DNA of 56,027 nt, filler included, from Sphacelaria rigidula (Eukaryota), in assembly GCA_964200075.2 (NCBI GenBank). It is 5 parts of 5 records of this genome, joined end to end, with 100 filler letters (N's around TTAATTAATTAA, not from the genome) between each part and the next. Parts side by side here need not be neighbours in the genome. Positions count along the whole stretch, not along the records: positions 44,904 to 56,027 come from CAXNAA020005354.1; 4 more parts are not named here. The stretch is one strand, 5' to 3'. A model generated the notes under the pieces. The model was not told where the DNA came from and ran no database searches. It worked only from the letters and a program-made list of their open reading frames with translations. The position numbers and the translations under genes were made by a program. Shown here in pieces: positions 48,701 to 56,027 of the stretch. Within the stretch, counting starts at the first letter, position 1. Each line of letters opens with the position of its first letter.

Positions 48701-49251
48701 CAGTCGTGGAGGCACAGTAAGAGTTGCACAAGGAGGTGGCGCAGCTTGTTGAGAAGATTTGTGAACTGCAAGGACGTGTTGCTAGTAAGGAATAGTTGTC
48801 AGATTTCATGGTGGGTGATTGCGTGTTGGCTGCGCGGGTTAGGCGCCCAGGAACAACGCCGAAACTCGTAAGTACGTGGACAGCGGAGCAAAACCGTGTC
48901 TACGAGGTTCAGAATATCGTAAATGGCAAGGTAAAGGATGCGCATGTCGCACGTCTTCGGTAATATGCGAACAAACTGGAGATCACCGCGGATCTGAAGG
49001 AGGTGTTCCAGCATGCATATGCTCACGGAGAGCTCAAGATGGAGGCCATCGCAGGGATATCTGAGGCTCACAAACGAAATGGCTACGATGTACGTGTGGA
49101 ATGGGTAGGTTTCGACGAGGACGAAAGTTAATGGGAGCCGTTGGACGTCTTTGGAGAGGAGCGCCGCAGTTTGTTCGATCTGAACTGCGGGAGTTGAAAT
49201 TGAATAAGCAGGTACGGAAGCGTCTGAAGGCCAAGTATGGTATCAAGCTGT
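45787..49251 (+). mobile_element. Degenerate Ty3/gypsy chromovirus pol (RT, RNase H, integrase, chromodomain), interrupted by a nested insertion
   Basis: RT/RNase H: PQGVLNA, WVDD, DASDLHWG, DKEGYAI, YTDHRNL. It resumes at 47531 with SKTAAQRLEQW. Integrase: AH...GHRG, HFDYLY, MDD. C-terminal chromodomain-like YDVRVEWVGFDEDES*WEPL. Confidence 0.9.
46648..47526 (+). mobile_element. Nested truncated LTR retrotransposon (LTR-A 46648-46932 and gag fragment) with GTGT TSD
   Basis: Starts TGTAGAG; the LTR is homologous to 51436-51714; gag-like ORF at 47093-47527; GTGT at 46644-46647 and 47527-47530. The host reading frame is restored when the insert is removed. Confidence 0.85.
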
Positions 49252-50179
49252 GACTGGTTGTCTGGATACTTCGTCGATGGATTGTATCATGCGATTGGCC
49301 TTGACCGGACACACACTCTGTGCCCCTGCACTCGGTACAGACAAGTCGGCGAGACACCATCGTTCCTCTTTTTCTACGCGCATACCCTCAGATTAAAAAC
49401 CTGATACCCCACCCGGTTTAAGCGATCTCCACAACGACGTCGCCTCAGATGTCCAGCGCGGGACTGTTTCCCCTGTTTCCCCCGATACGGTCTGCTGTAC
49501 GCCACTAGTAGAAATGACCGGTTATGGCGGCAGCATCGCTCCACTGCTAGTAGCACCCCGTCCATTGGTTAAAAATACAGCCCTTGTAGCAGCAGGACTC
49601 TTGCCTCCTCCTCGGGGCGCCTGTCCAGGGCCCTGCGACAGCTGCTGCTGTTATTGCTGTGTGTCGCCGGCCTTCGACCGCCCACAATATGTTGTGGAGC
49701 AGCAGCTTGGCTTTGCTGCTTACAATCCTTCACGAAGTGGCCCTTGTCTCCACATGAGAAACAACCTGCATAGCTTGGGCCCGGTTTCCGAGTTTTCCCG
49801 GAACTGGCAGTCTCACTGCCAGTGGTCGCCTTTTTTTACACCATTCGGTTCGCGCTTGGATGCGGAGGTCACGCTGCCGCCCTTCTGCTTCAGCTGAGGC
49901 TGGTGACTGTAGGCTTCTCTGGAATCAGAACAAGGTCACAGTGCTGTTCCAGAGGCTTCCTCCCTGTCACGGGCTCCAGAGACTTCAAGACTCAAGCAGT
50001 TATACAAACAGCAGTCTTCGTTCAAACCAGAAGTGACCGGCGTACCTCGTTTGCAAACATCATACATCACGGAGTTCACCGATCATACTTTCAGATCCGT
50101 TTCCATCAACCAGCCGATATGCCTGCCATGCATTGTATCCACTGCAGTCATGTACCCAACCACGGTACCAATGCTGTCC

Positions 50180-51830
50180 GGAGTCTACAGCACCCCCAGA
50201 GCTTGCTTACCAGCAACAAGTAGTCAGCCTAGAGCTTACTCACACATCATTGTTGCCGAAGTCTACCGTCGACTTTCACCGAGAATGGCAGTCCCTACCG
50301 CAGCATACGATGACAGCCGTACAAGCTAGTCCAACCTCAAACAACTCGCACGAGACCCAAAGCGTCCATCATGAACACGCAATCACGCTACTTGCATCGC
50401 TCCGAGTCAAGAAGCGATAGCTGACGCCCAGTTCATAATACGCATGCCCCACACAAGTCTCTTGACTCCAAACCGGCAAAATCTCAGACGTCAAATGGAG
50501 TGAGTGCAACAGCCAAGCAATATACCTGAAACTAAAATCAAATAAGTATCCAACACGTCCAGGACGCAGCTGGTATTTTGCTTGTTCAACTCCGTGAAAT
50601 CGTATGCATCGTACACCTCTTCTTCGTAAAAGCTTCGAAGCTTCATGGCGCCACTCAACTCATGAGCATAATGAAAAGGAAGCTATGACTGACACTTTCT
50701 ACGACAGCCCCCCGCCAAAACCAGCTAAAAAGTGTCACGAAAAAAATAGGCATACAGCGCCTGATGTTCGGGCTCAGGCGTTCTCCTGTAACTCGTACAT
50801 TTTGGTCAGCAGTACAGCACTCCACACGCCTTTTTGAAAAAAAATGTCGCCTCTCACTCACAGGAACAACAACTCTTTCTTTACACAGAGACGCGCTGTA
50901 CCACCTTACAACGACAATGGCCACAGCGCCTCTTCCTCACGAAGGTCTCACCACGTGTTTGAAGTCCTTAGACTCCTCTTCGTGGCCGTACCTGGCCAAG
51001 CGTGGAACAAGCAACTCTCGCTGGCTCCACTAGGCAGTACGGTAATTGCGCCGCTTTTTCTGGAACGCGTACGGGCTCGCCAGCTGTCGGTACCCCCCGC
51101 ACCTCTCGCACGAGCGATACCACAGCCCACCCTAGCACTGCCTCAGAACCTCCTCGGCTCTACTTCTCCAACTCCTCGCGACGTTAACACGCCTTGAGCT
51201 GGTCTTGTTTGCTGCAAACTGATCGGGCCTGCAGACTTCCCTACCTTGAAGTGTCAGCTGCCTTTTAGCGGACCTACCGCCATCAGCGGACTTAATGAAC
51301 GTTCTGGGTGGACTTCTGTCACTCAAGATCAGATTTCCATGTGGACTCCTCCCATGACGGGCATATGGACTTCAGCAGCTTTAGTTATTCATGTATTAAC
51401 CCTCAGCATAGTACAGGAGAACAGGACCATAGCCTTGTAGAGGAGTCCACCTCCAGTACACGTACGTGCAGGTTCATGATGATCTACAAGTGGAACAATC
51501 TGCTGTAGGCGTTTTCTGTTGCTTGACGGACTTGCGGGTCTGATCGGCAGACTATGTGAATTTGAACATGACGTGCTCCACGCATGTGGTTACTTCCGAT
51601 AACGAAGGCTGTGTGTTTATGAATAACACTGTTTTGAAGTCTCCAGGCCCTAGTGAGGGAGGAAGCCCTTGGAGCAATCTTGTGACCTTGTTCTGAGTCC
51701 AGGAGGGCTCTATAGCCTCTATCCACCAGAGTAGCAAAACCGGCCCTACTCGTCATGGAGGTCACCATCACAGATTCCGGCAATCAGATCCTGACCTGAG
51801 GTAACAATGGTGGCTAGGTCTACAGAGACC
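50180..51830 (+). mobile_element. LTR element family B copy: decayed internal region, LTR 51317-51806 (split by a solo LTR) and PBS-like site
   Basis: Homology to 44925-45775(-); possible copia RNase H tail (PADF.T...DLMN) just before the LTR; TGTCAC...GTAACA-A-TGGTGGCTAG. Confidence 0.6.
51436..51714 (+). mobile_element. Solo LTR-A with 4-bp TSD
   Basis: TGTAGAG...CTCTATA flanked by GCCT (51432-51435 and 51715-51718); the empty site is visible in the 45576-45775 copy. Confidence 0.88.
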
Positions 51831-52682
51831 AGCTCAAGGCGTATAACGTCGCGAGGAGCTGGAGAAATAGATCCGAGGAGATTCCGAGGCAGTGCTGTTA
51901 CAAACAGAATCTGTAGAGTGTTGGGGTTCTCGGCATTGGGCGTCGCAACTGGCTTACAGATAGGCGATATGTCTCGTGGTCTCGAGCAAGCATCCAGTTG
52001 AGTCATTTCATGCGCATGCAAATACGTGATGACTAATATACCATGTTGATTATGCCGGAACATGCCTCAACTACACATCTGTTTGTGCACTGAATTCATT
52101 TATCATTATACTATCGTGACGACCATATTTCAAATACTGACGTACCGAGTATGGTTCAGGGATCCGTACTGTATTGTCTCACCGTGTTCAGCGACCAACC
52201 CTCAAAAGCGTAGCAAGAGGAAATACGTCCAACGCAGTACAGTGATTACAGCTCCAGAAGCGATTCAGTTTCTCTTTCATGGTGATGGTTTTGATAGCCT
52301 CATCAATCAGCTTCACATAAGCTCTTCGCTCGTTGTTTGCTCGTCTTCAAGAGACTAAAACCAAGGGTCGCAAAGGGTCATGAAAACCACGGTGCGCACG
52401 GAGGCGCATCTGTAACCGTTACAACGGACACCACTCCCTCTCCTCTGATTGGAATCCCCGTAGGTCACATCAACTAGCCCTCCGAGCCCAACAGTCGAAT
52501 AGCTGGGCTCATCATTGTACTGCCCTTCCTCCATGTATGCCGCGATCCATAACACCCCCCCTCAGACCTAGGGTTGACAAATCCTGAGGCTGAACGTGGT
52601 TCGACGATGGATCGCCGCGTTACCACATTCTTCGTCCTCGAGTATTCGACGTTGTTTTCGTGCAGCCATCGATCTTGGTAAC

Positions 52683-52868
52683 CGCTCTGCCGGGTTAGAC
52701 CGCGTAGGGGATTGAAACACCGTACAGAAACGATCCCATCCAGTCCGGAGGAGTCCTTGATCTTGTTGATCGCTCTGCCGGGTTAGTAGACCGCGTAGGG
52801 AATTGAAACACTGTACAGAAGCGATCCGATCCAGTCCGTAGAAGTCCTTGATCTTGTTGACCGCTCTG
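52683..52868. repeat. Tandem duplication, about 89-bp unit x2
   Basis: cgctctgccgggttag...accgcgtaggg...ttgaaacac...tacagaa...ccagtccg...agtccttgatcttgttga occurs twice. Confidence 0.85.
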
Positions 52869-53199
52869 GGCTGCTAGTGAAAGAGCAAAAAAAACTTGGT
52901 TGCTTGATCCATAACAACCAACAAGTATTGATTACCTGAAGTAGAAATCTGCTGTATGTCCGATATGTTCATCTACATCATCTCCCAGAACTACAAGAAG
53001 CGGGCGGGTCGCACCATTATGGTGCGAATACTAGTACGTTTGCGTTGGCGACATCCACAAGACAGCACGTGTTTGCGAGTATCGACGGAAAGACCGGGTC
53101 ACTCATAGCGTGCGTCGACCACTACATTCGTTTTCATCACTCAGGCGTCCCCTTGCGTAGTGTGCACCAACGCGAGCAGGCCAGGCACTATACTGCGTG

Positions 53200-55130
53200 G
53201 AATAGCCAACTTACTTGGTGCCCCACTGACCTGGCGCCCTAGGTGAGATATACCATAGAAGTCTGAGGTCTACCTTTACCTAGTATCCGTGGCTCCTCAG
53301 GTGGAGCTTCCCCCCCACCAAGATCTTGGTCTTACTTCTTTTCAGCCTCTTGAATCGACGAACGAGTTATAGCGGCTCCCCAAGCCTCTGGTAACTCTGC
53401 TTCGTCTCACATCGCAGCGAGCGTGCTCAAATCCTCATTCTCACCCTGGATATGAGTCAGGCTGAACAAAACTTCTGCTTCCACTTACTTGAGAGAACCG
53501 CCTTCATCATCCACGGGTGAACGAAATAGCCACAGTCGAGAGTAGTCGCAACTTTCACGAAATCGTCTCTTTCCAGCTCGACTGCATCTTCCTATCTGCC
53601 TGCGCCCGCCCCATGATGTCTGAATTCCCCGCGCCTTGGTTTCCCTTTCGTCTGGGCATCGGATTCTCGGAAGTGTGAATCGCCTCGCCCTGTGCTGTCG
53701 GAACCAGAAAAATAAATACTTGTCCACCCTAATCGCTAACCCAACGTGGGGCAGGCGACGGTGTGCGTTTCCACTCGCTGCTTCCACGCTCGTAGTTGTC
53801 CTTCCCTCCGACGATCAGCTTTCAAGGCGACTACATAGATCCGTCTCTTCCGATACGGTGCGCCCATCTGCGCGGCTGAGACTGAGGCCTGCTCAGTGAG
53901 ATAGATCCCCAGCTCCGCTCAACACGGAGCAACGAGCGCGTTCTCACCAGGAGAGCGCACCATCACAGCAGTACTTTCCGGGATCAGCGTTGTCACAGAG
54001 GTTGATGAGAGGAATGACTCGACCAACTTTTTTTGACGACACTGGCTGATGCTGACTCCGGCTCGGCCCATTCGATCGGTGCAACCCGACTTGTACTCCC
54101 TACCAACTCTTGTGGTTGCACTTCTTCCACAAGGTTGTGGAAAGAACCGCGCCCCGGATTCGTATGTACCAGTCTGACTCCCTTTCCAATCTGATTTACT
54201 CCAACAGAATCCAACGCCTTCCAGTCCGCATCAGCGTATCACTTCTACGAACTCTTTGGCTGCCAAAATATTTCCTCCACCTCCAACTGGAAAAATCCAT
54301 TCCTTAAATCAACACTCGTACAGTACTTGGACTCTGCTAGCCCACCATACACGGTCTGCATATCCCTCAAACCGCCACTGTATTACTCCAGAAGTTGGTT
54401 CAGTCCACGATAATCTTGACATAGTCGTAAACTACCGTCCGTCTTTCTTTCGAACCGTGACGCAGGCGGCTGCCCATGCTAGCGTCGATCGAACGTAGCC
54501 CGGGATTAGCTTGCTAGTGAAACCTTCTGAGCTTACGTCCTCCGTTAGATGCAGCAGCCACTGCAGCGTAGTATCGTCCTCCCACGTAACTCCACGATTT
54601 TTGCACACCTCATTTGATGCTGCCAGTTCGTTCCGACCAGACAACCTCCCCGTCGAGTCCTCACCGAGCGCGCTTGGCTTGACAGCACGGAAGAGGCCCA
54701 AAGTTGCCGAATTTCCTTGGCTGGTAAGGTGGTCGGTGTCAACAGCTCCGAGTTTTGGGGACTGTAGCCACGAACCATACTCACGGCGCCTCCGGCGAAG
54801 GCCGAAATCTCGATCGCCCTCCGAAAGATAACGTGCTCTTGTTTCTCCTGAAGAAGCTCGCTGCCGGAATAAATCCATATGGTAATCCATGGACCACCCG
54901 GACCCATACCTTCATTAACTTATCCTTTGCGCGAAAAAGAATAGTAATTATTGCTGACCCTAAAATTTTTATCAGAGGTATCTTACTGTTACTAGGGTTA
55001 GCGGACGTCAAAATTCCTAATCCCTGCCGTTGCAACTTAATTGCTATTTTACTCCACGTTACCAACAACCTCCACCACTGTTTCGATGCATAGTTCCCCC
55101 CCCCTGCCCCGGTGCCCAGTAACACCGTTA
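53200..55130 (-). mobile_element. Highly decayed Ty3/gypsy-like pol remnant (aspartic protease region)
   Basis: LLGTGAGGGNY (DTGA-like), SAN...IKILG, VVHGLPYGFI at 54781-55125; fragmented RT-like sequence further downstream. Confidence 0.5.
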
Positions 55131-56027
55131 CTGGTGAGCGGTGGCAACTACTCTTGCTGTGGTGCCAAACTTCAGCTTTTTCCCACAGCTGATGTGCATC
55201 GTTCCTACTTGCTTCGGCTAAAATGGCGTTCGAAGGAGGGGTAGTAGCCCCGCACGGGTGAAATATTTGTATGCGTACAATCGGGTTAGGTGGGACCTAG
55301 TCCCTAAATCGATGCTACAGAGGCGGCGGCAGCGGCGGCAGCAGCTGAGCATGGAATATGTACACTGCTGGTTGCGCTTGGCTTAAAATGAACGTGTCAA
55401 CGGAGAACCAGGTACTGGAAGTATCCGCTGAAGAAAAATGGAGGAAAGATCGGTTGTCCAAACCGTTCGTGAGGAGCACTAAGCAATTTCATTTGCTGCG
55501 CTTCAGGGGCGTTTTATTGTAAAGGCGCAAAAATACTACTGTGATCGTCGTGGCGCAAAACACTGCTGCAGTGGCGGACGCACAAAAGATTGATGCTGCT
55601 GAGGAGGTGCGGCAACCTTCTGCCGCGTGGGAGGGTGCATCAACCTGCCGCTGCATGGGAAGGTGCTTGCACGGGAGGCTGTTGGATGGATCCCGCCTAG
55701 TAGAAGGACTGGGCCCGAGGGTTCAAGGGGTTTCCACTCATTTTTCACCGATTTGGGGTTGACTATGTGATAATCGACAGGTTAAACCTGCACACACGTG
55801 CCACATAGATGTAAAACACCGATTGAACTAATTATGGATTATTCATTGCAGTGTATTACATTCTCCATGATTCGAGAGTCACGAGGGCGGTGTCTGGAAG
55901 AAACATTCTCAGTCATCAACGGCGTGAGAAACGATGGAACCAGTAATATGAATAGCAGCGCTTCACCAGCATAATGATAGCGAACAAACAAACAAAGAGT
56001 CATCCTACGATAGGGGGGGGGGTATTT

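Overview
Eukaryotic, intron-rich genomic DNA, most likely a brown alga (Phaeophyceae; inferred from a ROCO gene with 72-nt one-repeat-per-exon LRRs and Ngaro/chromovirus-type TEs). The window is not contiguous. It is five short contigs (1-11127, 11228-22354, 22455-33579, 33680-44803, 44904-56027; 11127/11127/11125/11124/11124 bp, i.e. size-sorted) joined by artificial N44-TTAATTAATTAA-N44 linkers. Contig 1: the 3' part of a ROCO LRR-GTPase gene (ROC, COR, two C-terminal TM helices), preceded by a dead LRR exon and followed by a decayed TE-like region and the start of a second LRR exon array. In that array the 72-nt exons vary at exposed residues while their intron flanks are better conserved. 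Contig 2: the 3' ends of IQUB (+) and a neurochondrin-like gene (-), plus MITEs and a non-autonomous hAT element. Contig 3: a degenerate DIRS/Ngaro tyrosine-recombinase retrotransposon and an RTE-like LINE fused directly to a copia pol fragment. Contig 4: 3' exons of a multi-FN3 gene (-) with a predicted GC-AG intron. Contig 5: nested LTR retrotransposon debris. The best candidate system is the LRR exon-cassette array of a ROCO cluster. Exon shuffling of this kind has been described in brown algae, but its mechanism is unresolved. All alignments and counts were done by eye.
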